Shown: positions 1-11,821 of the stretch, piece after piece
How the letters are laid out: each line of letters starts with the position of its first letter
Position numbering within the stretch: the first letter of the stretch is position 1
Assembly: GCA_000320545.1 (NCBI GenBank)
Contig: ADNK01000611.1
Span: 1 to 35,883 of the forward strand
DNA from: Bigelowiella natans CCMP2755
Lineage: Eukaryota; Protista; Cercozoa
Length of the DNA: 35,883 nt
Reading direction: 5' to 3'
Position numbers and translations under genes: made by a program
The notes under the pieces: generated by a model
Database searches by the model: none
Seen by the model: the letters and a program-made list of their open reading frames with translations, nothing else
Told to the model about the DNA's origin: nothing

Positions 1-181
1 TGGAGTGAGGACGAGCGAGTGTGGGGCGTGGAGGGACGGGGGGGGGGGGGGCGAGGCAGCGTAAGTAAGCAAGTAAGTGGTGGCAGCAGATGGAGGGAGT
101 AGGAGCAGCACCCACAAGAAGAATACGAATACGATGCAGACATAAATCCACGCATTGTATATAGACGATGTCATTTTCTAC

Positions 182-610
182 CTCCTCAAGAGCATCGATA
201 TCGACGTTCCCTGAGCAGCAGCAGCAGGGTGAGAAGCATGGAATGAAAGACGGGGAGGGAGTTGTCGACTCATAACGGAGGATGTTTACTGTTTCACGAG
301 CAGCACACACAACCCCCCACGGCGCAGCACTGCGCGTAGCACTTAAAGCGCGATCATGGTTTCAGCAAAGGATGCATGCAATGATGACGATGCCATCGTA
401 ACTCCCCCATCTACATGACGCCACACCTATCATTTCGATATACAGTGGACGGCCCTCTCGATCCGTGTTAAAATAGCCCTTCTTGTATGCGCGACGGACA
501 AGCTGAGTCAAAAGAAGAAAGGAGGGAGACAGCCAAATAAGAGTAGTTAATACCATGCGCTATGCTCTGCCATCCACTAGATCCCTCCCATAGTACATCG
601 ACTATATCTA

Positions 611-648
<38 letters not shown>

Positions 649-2360
649 CCTCTCTCTCTCCCTCTCTCTCTCTTGTGTTGTGTTGTGTGCGTGTACAAGG
701 AGCTTCAAGTGCGTAACCAATTGGCAGCATATTTCAAAAAAAAGTATCTCCAAGCAATTTACACAACCAATGACTTCCGTAAAACGTCTCAAAGTACGTC
801 CTGTATCACTATTTTGAAACTACTCCGCACCTTGTCCTCCGGAAAATCAAACGCATCGGCCAGAAGCGTCTGTTTGGTGCATCAAAAAGGGAAGAAATAG
901 CAGCTGAAAAGCTGTCTTCTCTGAAAGAACAACAAAGTGATATAGTGCGAGTACGTTCTTGCGCCAGTCGTCCATTTTGCGGAATGCTTTCTAAAAACAC
1001 AAACGGCACAGAGAAGCAAACAGATCGGCAGACAGGGCACGGATACGTGGTAAGGAACAGAGAAATGGAGAGGAAACCGTACATATATTGCCCATTCAAT
1101 TATGGTGCTCACGTGTGAGAGGAACGAACCTCCGCTTTGTCAATATTGCCTACGAAGTTTATTATTGCATCGTCGATAACAAAGGTCAGCACACGAGCCC
1201 ACTCGTCTAAGTTGTTATCAAATTCTAAACATGAAACTTCGTGGAGGAAGAACGAGCTACCTCTTCCGTGGCGTAGGAATCGCAGCAGCGTCCCATCATC
1301 CAGGGGAAATCTGTGTCAGTCATGATAGCATTCGCATTTCTACATTAGAAATGTATATCTCACAAACAATGCTGAGAATAGGGGAAGGGCGATGCGCTCT
1401 AATTCCAGTCAAATATTACACAGGGTGGGTGGTTTTCGTTGTCGCTTGCAGGTCCTCCACTCGTCTTATCATCTCCGGAAGGAGCGGCAGATATTCTGCA
1501 TGTGCACGCGCAGATGCAGCCCCGCTTTCCGAGGAAGAAGGCAGCTCAGATCGAGCCCGCACTGTCTGGGTTCGAAGCTGAGGCTTCCTGAGCGTGCTCA
1601 ACCGTGGACGGCCTTGGTAACCATTGTGAATGGCCCTCCTCGCATCCAACCTACGCGTTGTTGCCTCAGCTGTCACAGTATTGCTGCTGCCACTGCTTCC
1701 TACCAAGAAAATCGACAGAACCAATGCCACCCCGTGCATCAAAGAGGAGGGAGCCTTCTATATTCTCGTCTCCTGGCAGAGGCAGGCCGGGCAGCGTTTC
1801 TTCTGGACGGAAGAGGACCCGGTCGGTTCCGAACTGGACCGCAAACTACGAAGTTTGATCATGTAAAAAATAACGTGTGTTCACTTTCGGAAATCGGGAA
1901 AAAGTTTCTGGATATTTTTCTAATGTTGTCGCGTGATATACAAAGATTCGTACGATGTTCCAGGCGCTATACTTTTCCTTCTGCGCGCAGCAGCTGCCTC
2001 AGTAGTTTCGCTCTTGTGGAGCGCTGGTCTCCAGATACATGTATATCTTCAGAGCTTAAAAAGCTGTTTACACAGGCCATTTTTACGATGCGACAATAGC
2101 AGATCCAAGCCCAAGAATACCCAACTCTCACCGTGGAAGTTATTGCCGCAGTGACAGGTCGACGCCGCAGTTCGAAGAGCTGTCTCTAGCTAGCTTTTAG
2201 CCTAGAACCACATGATTGTGGTTGCAAGATCGGCACTAAAATGGGCCCAAGTGGGTATGTACGTGGCAATTTCTCCGAACCGATTTCGAGGTGAGACAGC
2301 CCCAGTCGCGGTGAACTGCCTGATACCGCCTCTGGTTTCTCTGCTGGTGGTGTTCTGATC
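182..2360 (-). CDS. Sec14-like CRAL-TRIO lipid-binding/transfer protein, multi-exon, 3' end continues off the left edge
   Basis: Hand-spliced GT-AG exons 1261-1310, 1130-1149, 955-990, 831-869, 427-502 and 182-210 read in frame as FPLDDGTLLRFLRHGR-GNIDKAE-KAFRKMDDWRKN-TLLADAFDFPEDK-LVRRAYKKGYFNTDREGRPLYIEMIG-NVDIDALEE. This matches the CRAL_TRIO_N (DD.TLLRFLR...W) and Sec14 (G.DKEGRP.YIE..G) motifs. Upstream exons (~1420-1700, ~1735-1845, ~1970-2030, ~2133-2185, ~2263-2355) and the start codon are tentative. Confidence 0.85.
615..672. repeat. (CT)n microsatellite in a Sec14 intron
   Basis: Direct reading of the sequence. Confidence 0.95.
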
Positions 2361-2478
2361 GCGACCAAAAAAACAAACAAACCTTGCTCCGACTCAGACC
2401 CTACCCCTCAAAGGTTTGGTTGTACTTGACACATCAGTGTTCTTCAGACAAAATAGTGGCCGCTCCTAATCCGGAGGA

Positions 2479-4254
2479 ATGTCCAACGGCAGGTAACGAT
2501 GGGTCGGTGATGTTTGCTCCTAGTTAGACGCTTCCTCAGATGTGTAGAACTCTGAAGGGGCTTGATTGTCGTTGCAGCTCTCGGACACTTTCCATCGGGT
2601 GGGTTAGAGCCCTGGAGAAGGCGCAATACTCCAAAGTTCCGAACTTCAACGAGTATCGAAAACTGATCGAGTGGGTGCTGTGCGCGGCCCACGTGTCCTA
2701 CAGGTCAGGTCTCAACCAAATTCGATGTCCCCTTGGCTGCAAGACAAGCACCATCTTCAAGATCTCCACCGAGCGGAAGAACAATACGAGGACGTACGAC
2801 AGCTACAATCTCTCTCGCCACGCGCTCAACAACTGCGCCGCGGTGAAAAAGCAGTACAAGGACACGATCGTCTACCTCAAAACACTACTCATGGAAGAGA
2901 AATCAACAGGTTATTTTAGTGCTGAGAAGCATCATCACCATCACTTATTATCAGAAATGGGAAAGAAAGCAGTGGACCTTTTCCCTCGTCCTGGCCCTTT
3001 ACTGCACTCTTCGAACGGAGGAGCAACCTTGTTGAGGTTATACCCTTGAGAATATGACAATATGAAGTAACTATTCATCTCAGATTTTACAAGAAGATCT
3101 CACCACTTGTTGTTCGGCAGCGTTCGCAGCTTAGCAGAGCAACAGCAACAGCAGCAACAGGTATGCACGCGACTCCTTCCGCCATATTTCATCACGCCAC
3201 AATCAACCCTATTATTTCCAAGTATTTTCTTACTTTTGTGTTAGATTTGCCTTAATTTTCTGCGAGCCCAACCCTCATCCCTCCTCCCGACAACTTAATT
3301 TTCTTTTTAATCAACCTTGCACAGTTTATTGCTGCAGGCCAGAAGCTAGGACAGCATCAGGAACAACTGAAAAAAGGCACCAATTCGTCACAACGACAAC
3401 TGCAGCTACTGCAGCAGCAGCAGCAGCCATATGCGAACATGAACCAGAGTTGGAAACTTGATTTCGGGGAAGCTACAACACCAGCAGCGGCAGCGAAGAG
3501 GTTCGATACTAGGCCAAGAAGCAGCAACAATGGCGACGGCAAAAACTCCGTCGACTTGCAACGTAAAGGCGGTACAGGCGATATTCTGCTGCTAGATGGA
3601 CACAGGAGGGGTAGCAGCGGCGGAAGAGGGAGAGGAAGAATGGAAACGGCTGCCAGTCACGTCATTTCAAAGAGGCTATCTAACCCCCCCCGGAATTTTT
3701 TCGATGAAGGAGGGAGGGATAATAATGGCAGGTGCTGCTCCAGCTCCAGCAGCCCCAGCGGGGATCAAAGAGGACACCGGCTTCGCCGAAGACAGTCCCC
3801 GCCTCTGCCCTGCGATCTGCTAATGGCCACACCGCCGCATACCGTAGAGGGGCGGCAGCGCTCCCCCATTAAAAGCGTGAGTGCGATTGACTCATCCTCG
3901 GGATTAAGTGCGGTGTCTCCATCGCTCTCCACGACCACGGCGACAACGACAGCATCGTCCTCGCCCCCCAGCAGCGTGGCTTTCTCGTCCATCTGCTCTC
4001 CATCCCCGCAATCAGGCTTGGCGATGACTGCATTGATGGAGGTGGAGCAAGACCCATCTTCGTCCTCCTCGGGGGGGGGCACGCCAGCAGTGCTGGTGGC
4101 TACACCTATCGATGTCGCAGTGCGAATTGTGGTCACCGACCCGAACGATAACGTGTGCTTTCGCCTGGGGCACGTAATCCAAAAGCTGTCGGGGCGCTAC
4201 AGCACCATCGTCAAGCAGTTCAGTCTTGTGAACAATGAGTATCCGCCGCATCAT

Positions 4255-4295
<41 letters not shown>

Positions 4296-7200
4296 GCGGC
4301 ATGGCCTACAACCAGCAGGAGCAGTGGAGTCAAAGCAACAGCCGCAGCATCTTCGGTCTTCCCCCTCGTTTTCGTCATCGACTTCTCCCCGTGCCTCCTC
4401 CTCCTCCTCAACTGCCACGACCGCCGGCTCATCATCTTCCTCCTCCCACCCGTCTTCGTCGTTCTCATCGTCCTCTTCGTCGTTTACATCCTCCCCGGAG
4501 CTCAACTACATGGTCACGATTCGGTTCGCCCGGCTGCGGTATGAGAAGCCAGAGCATCGCTTGCACGCCGAGAAGGCCGTGCGTGGTGCTTTGAAATCAG
4601 CACACATTAAGCTGAGCCATGTGGAGCACCTCCTCGTACGTCCCGGGTCGGTCATCGTCCAGATCGCTCTTAGCCATTCCATCGGCCGCAGCAAACTCCA
4701 GGCATTCATACGCTCTATGCGATGCGATGTGAGGGAGGGGAAGAGGGCAAAGGTAGGGGCTGGAACAGCAGGGTCATCATCATTATCATCATCATCAGCT
4801 TCATCGCCATTACCACTAGCAGAAGAAAACGGGCAGCATGCGGTGGCGGCGGCAACGACGACGAAAAAGGGAGGCGTAACTACCATCTGCCTTCATGAGA
4901 GAGGTGGTTGTGGTATATTTACCTCCATTTCCTCCTCCTCCTCCTCCTCCTCCTCATCATCATCATCATCACCATCACTGCCCTCTTTCCCTTGTTGCTG
5001 CTGCAACCGCTCTCGGCCCCTCTGTCCTTCACCAAAGAGACGTCAATCGGAGGCCGAGCTTCATTTGGTTTTCCAAAAGAGCAGCTCGTTCCTCTCCTTC
5101 CTCCTCGACGTGTACACCGGTCGTGTCCGCGATACGCTTGGCAGCGCCATAGCTTTCCAGAGAGTGCGACGCATCGAGAGGAGGAGTGCTGTTGCGACGA
5201 CAACGATCGCAAAGACGTCCAGCAGCAGAAGTGGCAGCAACAACTGGGTCGACGATTATCTCTCTCACACAGGCAGCGCTTTGCTGGGGACTATCTTCCC
5301 GACGAAACTGGCACTCTCTCATGCTGGTTTGTGCTTGGTGATAGAGTACTGTGGAGGGGGGGGCACCTCCCTTCGCAACGAAATCAGCAGAAAGGAGAGA
5401 ATCAGCACTGCTAGTAGCATTCACCGTGCCACGTTAATTTGCAATAGTCATGGTCCCTCTACTGCCGCTGCTGCTGCTGCCGCTGTGAAGGAGGAGGAGG
5501 AGGAGAAGGAGGAGGAGGAGAAAGGTGTCAAAGAGAACGGGCCCTATCCACCGAATAAAACTCCGCAACAAGTGCAGCAGCAGCAGCAGCAGCAGCAGCG
5601 TAACGCTTCATCTTCTTCCTCCTCTTCGATCAGAATATACAACGTGAATGGAGACCCGGAGCCCCCCTTCTCATCTTCCGCTCTTGCTCGTCGGCCTCAA
5701 GCAGCACTTGAGTATAGCACGGGGAGATTGCTGCTCGCATCTCCGTCACTTTCTGGGGTGCAGATTTCACCCTCAAATCTGTTTCACGAGGACAATAACG
5801 CCGACGACGGTGGTGAGAGCAGCAGGCTGGCTTCTCCCCGCTCTTTGACGCTGCTTAGCGAGTCGTCGTCGTTTCGTGAAAGCGGATCGTTGCTCCATCG
5901 AGAACCTGCAGCCCACGATGAGAGTAAGGAAGAGGAGGAAGAGGAAGAAGGAAAAGAAAAGACGACTATAAAGACAAAGGGAATTAGGATGAAGCAATGG
6001 TATTATAATACAAAAGTAGACAATACCAACAGAGCCCAACGTCAGACGATTTCTTCCGTTCCAGCAGCAGCAGCCGCCTCCTCCTCCTCCTCCTCATCCT
6101 CCTCCTTCCCATCCTCTCCAACCCCTCTCCAGCTTGAATCCGCCCACGAGGAAGAAGAAGTAGTAGTAGTACCACTCGAGATGGTGGGTGATACGGAGAG
6201 AGTGAAGTGGGAGGAGAAGGAGAAGCGAAGAACAGCAGCTGAGTTTGCAGATGCAGCATCGTCGTCGTTGTTTCACCCATTAACGCCGACCCCAGGACGC
6301 CGAGAGCGAAGGTTTATGTTCTTAGACGGAAGCACGGTGGAATTGGCCGTATCCCCTATTATTATAGTCGCAATGCTCATCGTTCTCTTCTCCGGCATCT
6401 TCAGCTTTTACACATTGCTATGGACAAGTCCTCTGAATCCGTTTTGCTCCTTCCACTATGCACTTGCACTCGATTCCCCCCCCCCCCCCCCCCCCCTCCC
6501 CTGCAATGTTTTTCTTTTCGATTTGGGAAGAGCTTATTTTACCGCCCCCTTGCCGTGACTTCCTTCTTCCCTCTCCCTCCCCCGTCGCATCACCATCTAT
6601 ATTGTCGGTTACTACTATTTATCAACATAATCGTCCTCTTCTCATGTAACTTTATGTCTTATTCGCTCCTGTAGATATAACCAAAGTGATCATCGCGCTG
6701 CTGCAGGCGATGTGCAGTCTCCAGCACTTACATCGACAAGGGAGAGGGATGAGAGCCACGGCCATCATCGTAAACAGGCTTCTTCTGGCGGCCCTTCTCG
6801 TGTTTGTCGTTTGGATTTTGGTAGTTTTGAGTTGATGCAAGTTGCTGTTGTTTACTACGGCTGTGATGGTGTGGTGTCGACTTAACCAGGGTGCAAACGT
6901 ACCCTTTCGATTCGGGGAGTGGCCGAGCTTCTTCTTGGGGCTGCTTTACGACGTAAATAGAACGACGATGCCCTCCGCTGTGACGATGCAAGCATACAGA
7001 TACATGATGATGATAATAGCGGATGCATATGCAAAGATAATGATGATGATGATGATGATGATGATGACGACGACGATGCGTTGTGACGGGATTGATAGTA
7101 ACGCCAGCGTTGATTTTGATTATTAGGTACTGACTCTCAGCGTGGGCCTCTGTATTACATTCTCTAACATCGATATACCCACCATCACCACTGCCACCAC

Positions 7201-8421
7201 CGCGACAGAACTGACAATTCTTTTCCCTCTCTCTACCTGCCTCTCTGTCTATCTGTCCTCCCCCCTCCTTAACCATCACCACCGCCGACCCCCATTCACA
7301 CGTAGACTCGCTTCGGATTGTCGCCTACGCGCACTTTGAGGTCGCCCGGATAACAGAGGTGTGGAAGCTGCACTCGGCGTTCATTTATATCATCGCCACT
7401 GTCTACACCATCGCTGCGGTCACAGGCGTAATCGGCGCGCTCGCGACGGAAAAGGCAGTGTGGCTCGGGGTGATCAAGACGTCGAATGGCGTGGCTGTGC
7501 TAGCCCTCGGCACCCTGATCTGCTCCTCCCTCTCCAAGATAAAGGCGGTCTTTTCCAACTCGCTCAAGACCATCGTCCGGCAGAAGACGCTGCCCGCGGA
7601 TCCGTCGCCGACCCACGTAGTTATGTAGATAGATGAGCCGATAAGAGAAGAAGAAGAAGAAGAAGAAGAAGAAGAAGAAGAAGAGAGATAGGCGTTCATG
7701 GAAATCTATAGACACAGCTGTGATGATAATTCGTAATACTCAGAAGCAGCCGTCGACAAGGGACGAGATGGTCCTGTTCTCTTGGCTCTACAAAGCTACA
7801 GCGTCCACCGCTGATAGCAGCACAACTTCAATTCTTCCGATTAGCCTAAAGCTCCGAGGAGGGGAAGGAGCTGGGTTCAACAAACAAAGGCAGCCTTGTA
7901 GGCAGCAGCAGCAGGATTTGAAGTCTTCCCCCCTCGCCCCGCCAGTTACGACAAGTACACCGCCGCCTGAAATAACAATTCCCATCACCGCTTATGCTGC
8001 TGCTGCTGCTGCTGCTGCAATCACCACAAACGGCACTTCTACCACCACTGGCACTGCAGTAGCACCAGGAAGAACAGGGGAGGAGAAGAACAACAACAAG
8101 AAGAAGAAAAACAAGAACAAGAAGGAAAGAAAACTCGACGAATTTTGGACAGAAAGGGAGTACAAGATGAAGGAGGCCTCCCTACGAATGATCTGGCGGT
8201 TGAAGATGCTGGTGATTTACTGTGTGGTGCTGACGTTCATCACTGGCTCGATTCTTCTTTACAGCGGACTGACGTTGGTGAAGCTCAAGGGTCGCCGAAT
8301 TAGCCAGGAAACCATATCGCCGAACAACAACTTCAAGGAGGATTTGGTGATTTATAATCAAATGTTATGGCTAGCATACTTTCAGAGCCTGCATGCATGG
8401 CCCGCTACGGCCACTGTCTAG
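2479..8421 (+). CDS. Large (~1582 aa) hypothetical protein: N-terminal BED-like C2HC zinc finger, long low-complexity region containing a SEA-like module, C-terminal 7-8 TM receptor-like domain
   Basis: Phase-consistent exons 2479-2492, 2578-2909, 3084-3160, 3325-6427, 6675-6820, 6890-6952, 7127-7151, 7306-7616 and 7744-8421 sum to 4749 nt, all introns GT-AG. Motifs: CPLGC-x26-HALNNC and LLVRPGSVIVQIAL. Hydrophobic segments run from ~6345 onward. It could be two genes, with the TM part starting at MFLDG (~6316). Confidence 0.6.
7646..7684. repeat. (GAA)n microsatellite, intronic
   Basis: Direct reading of the sequence. Confidence 0.95.
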
Positions 8422-8670
8422 CTAACTGATGCTATCAGGGAGGATCACCACGATGACAACATCGTGAAGGAATAGGGTGTGCGCGTTTCATTCATCTCTC
8501 CGACATTCGTCGGTGTGAAGGGGATTAATCGATGGTGGCCATGTTGAAACTCTACTTCCCGGACGGACGCAGTATTTATGCACTTGCTTCCCGACTCTAG
8601 GTTCTCGATGCTGAAGGAGTTTCCCTAGCTGTAACCCATCTCCCTGTTTTTACCCCCGTTTTCGCATTAA

Positions 8671-8673
<3 letters not shown>

Positions 8674-8703
<30 letters not shown>
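8674..8703. repeat. (AT)n microsatellite
   Basis: Direct reading of the sequence. Confidence 0.95.
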
Positions 8704-8705
<2 letters not shown>

Positions 8706-9694
8706 AATATTCCGCAGCTACGTGCTGCTTCGTGCATTGACCTTTCATCTGTTCTCCACCCAACTAGCCAACCTTCGTAAAAATTTGACCGGATTTAGTT
8801 GTAAAGACGCCTTTTCTTACTTTCTTTTGTTGTAATGTAATGTACAGCTGCACAGATACATATACCTTAGTAGTTACAACAGCCAAGTCACGTAGCAAGG
8901 ATTTGCTCATGCATTTGAATTTAAGGGATATCTGAACAAGTCATATACAAATAAAGCCTGCACTCTTGCACTATTCATCATCCCATTTGTGTGTCGACTC
9001 ACTAAAGCTTTTTAGCCGGCTAGCCGGGGTAAGCGCGCCATACCGCCGAAAGAAGTCACTGTGAAGAGTGGCAAACACGTCTCTAGGTCTAGGCATGTGC
9101 GTGTGCATCTATTATACCAAGCAAATGAGATTTTTTGGGGAAAACAAATAATGTACCACATTATCCACGAGCATCTACAGCTTTGCGATTTGCGTCCTGT
9201 GGCCGCTGCTTTACGAAGATGCACACATGGCGGATGCAATGCGACATTGACACAATATTGATTTTATGCACATTTGTCATCAGCATTTTCGGCGGTTCAG
9301 ACGGCGCATCTAGCAGCTTGCTAGCTTGGTTACACATCTTGCAGTCATTGCCATGCGTCTTCACGAACATGCATCGCAGAACCTGCTGCTGGCTCTGGCT
9401 GCAACTAGACTATATATATCTTACAAATCGCTTGACGTAAACCACCGATCCTCAACTTAATACAGCAGGCATGCATGCAAAGCCTTCATTCTCTTTCTGG
9501 TTTTAGCGCCGAGAACTGTTCCTCAAGCGGGTTTGCAGATTGAAGATTTTCATTTGAAATTCCTGAGCATGCACGAGGGTAACAAGTCATTTAACTTTTC
9601 GCCTTATATACTGAGTCAAGAAGTATTAGCAATTATACACACACAAACACTCACACTTCGTAGTAATATAAAGGGAAAAAAAAACATATATAAT

Positions 9695-9697
<3 letters not shown>

Positions 9698-9732
<35 letters not shown>

Positions 9733-9767
9733 CTATAGTGCGCGCGCGCGCGTGTGTGTGTGTGTGT
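9698..9767. repeat. Compound microsatellite: (AT)n followed by (GC)n(GT)n
   Basis: Direct reading; alternating purine-pyrimidine tract GTGCGCGCGCGCGCGTGTGTGTGTGTGTGT at ~9738-9767. Confidence 0.9.
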
Positions 9768-9785
9768 ATACACTGTACATTCGCC

Positions 9786-11321
9786 CTATTTCCTGAGATA
9801 GATACCCTGTTTTCCTTTAGCAGCTTCTCTCTTTCCATGCGCTCGTCGTCCAGCGCTGAATATAGCCTCGAGACCTAGAGCGATGAAGATGTTGAGTACT
9901 TCCTTGCGAGAAATACAAGGAATTCCCCTCTCACATTCTTTGGGTACCTCGGATCGAGTTTTGGAAAAGCGCTTCTTACTGGGATTATTGTCGTGCTCAA
10001 GTTCAGAGAAGCACTTCCTGAAAAGATCTTCGTCAGGGAGCAAATTTCGATATATTAGTGCTTGCTTAGGCGTTACTCTGGTGTCTCGAAGCCTCCCGAT
10101 GAAAGCTGCTTTTTGGTGTTCGCCGCCACGCTGAAATTGACAAAATTCGTCACACATAGAAAAATGAACACGTTCTTCTTCACCACATACCTTGTGAAGA
10201 TGCTGAAGGACTTCAGGCGGCCTAAAGTCTCGGCAACATCTGCGCTGCTTGCCCTAGCAGTTTTACCACGTGCGAATCTGTCGACCTTTGCTATTCTATT
10301 TCTTGCTACAGTCAGCTTTTGAAACAGCCTGAAAGCAACATATGGTACTCAATGGATGAGATGTAGAAGATTGCGGTAGATATACCTTTGCTTTTCCTTT
10401 AAGAGGTGGTGGTTCCTCGCGTCCTTGCTGTCCTATAAAGAGAAGGAGCGCGATGCATTGGAGTGATGAATTGTGTTTGCAACGACGAAGACATTATTCG
10501 TACCTTCGCATGATTCAAGATGGCAATTTTTTTCTTGAACAGATCAATATTTTCCTTTTGTTGCTCAGATACATCTTGAGACCTTGCCAATTCCTCATGT
10601 GTCTGGAATAGATAATAATTTGTCACCGTTGTTGCAGATGCCTAGTATTTACAAGTTTACTTCGTCTAGTTCTTGGTTCGCCCTTCCGAGAGCAATCTGA
10701 TTTTCGGCACATTGGAATTCTAAGCCCTCTGCTCTTTTTGAGGATCGAACCAACTCATCCTGAAGTCGCTCCTTTTCGAGCTCTAGATTGCGTTTTTCTT
10801 TCTCCAGATCGATTGAGGTTCGGTGCCACCGTTCTGCTTGACTTTTCATGTCCTACGAGGATTGCAAGTTATGTCTACGACGCACTATCTCACCAATGCT
10901 ATACACGCAACACCTCAAAACTAGCCTGAAGGATCGTAAGTTTTTCTTCTAATTTTGCTACTCTGCACGCGCTCGTATCCCGTTGTTTTTCTGCGCTTGT
11001 TCTTCTGCATTTTTCGTCCCTGAGTTCGGAACTGTACGAAGAAATTTTAATTATAAAGGGGAAATTATGTTGTAAAACACATTCACATACCTCATTTCTT
11101 TATTTTTGTGGTTCAGAGTCTCTGAGAATGACAAGAGGGGTGAATTAGCACAGCCGAACATTAAATTTTTCCATATTTGAGTTCTTCAATTGACCTATCT
11201 GCAGTTGGAGCCTGCGCACAAGCTCTTTTTCTCTATTCCAGGCAGCACCATAGGTGATCTGAGGCCCCTGAGCCCTCCCAAGAAGCGTAACCTCCTTTTT
11301 CTTGCTGCCACTGGGGTCCAT
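9786..11321 (-). CDS. Hypothetical coiled-coil protein, multi-exon with short introns
   Basis: ATG at 11321 (MDPSGSKKKE). Spliced exons give SSELRDEKCRRTSAEKQRD...VAKLEEKLTILQASFE-DMKSQAERWHRTSIDLEKEKRNLELEKERLQDEL...-THEELARSQDVSEQQKENIDLFKKKIAIL, an E/K/L/Q-rich heptad-like sequence. Phases of the first and last exons and the stop position are uncertain. Confidence 0.6.
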
Positions 11322-11821
11322 GGAGGTCCCAGCTCCGCTTCGGTGGCGGGAAGGTGTATGTTTTGAGGGATAAAAAATACAATTTCTGCGCGAGAATTCT
11401 TTGTCGCAGTTACAAATTAGGATTCCTTTGAGTAGGAGAACGAGGTTGTAAATCGCACTAGATGTTTCAGGCTTATTTTATCAACCTTGCGAACACTTCC
11501 CTGCTGGGAAATTAATTACGTATGCGACTTAAGAATGCGTATGTCGCAATGTGAATTTGTCCTTGATCTGAAATGCGGCTTAAAAACGAAAGCTCTTGGC
11601 GCAATATATTCTATCCCCATCCTTCACTGCCACGCTACGGGTATGCAGTGGACTAAAGAACATCTTCAAAAAATAATACGTAGTGGGGAATGATTTTAGG
11701 GGCAACATGTACCGTTGGAGATAGTGTTGGTCTGTGCTTCATTGGGAAAGCCACACAAATGATAGCTTTTCTAAGAGACTTGGTTACTAATTCTTCTTGA
11801 TCTTCGTCTGGACAGATTGCA

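Noticed and set aside
2700-2840. hAT transposase suggested by the BED-like finger
   Set aside because: No DDE/RNase H domain, dimerisation domain, terminal inverted repeats or target-site duplication was visible.
3596-6280. Overlapping and antisense ORFs within the 1039-aa ORF
   Set aside because: They are shadow ORFs of GC-rich, trinucleotide-repeat coding sequence with no independent motifs.
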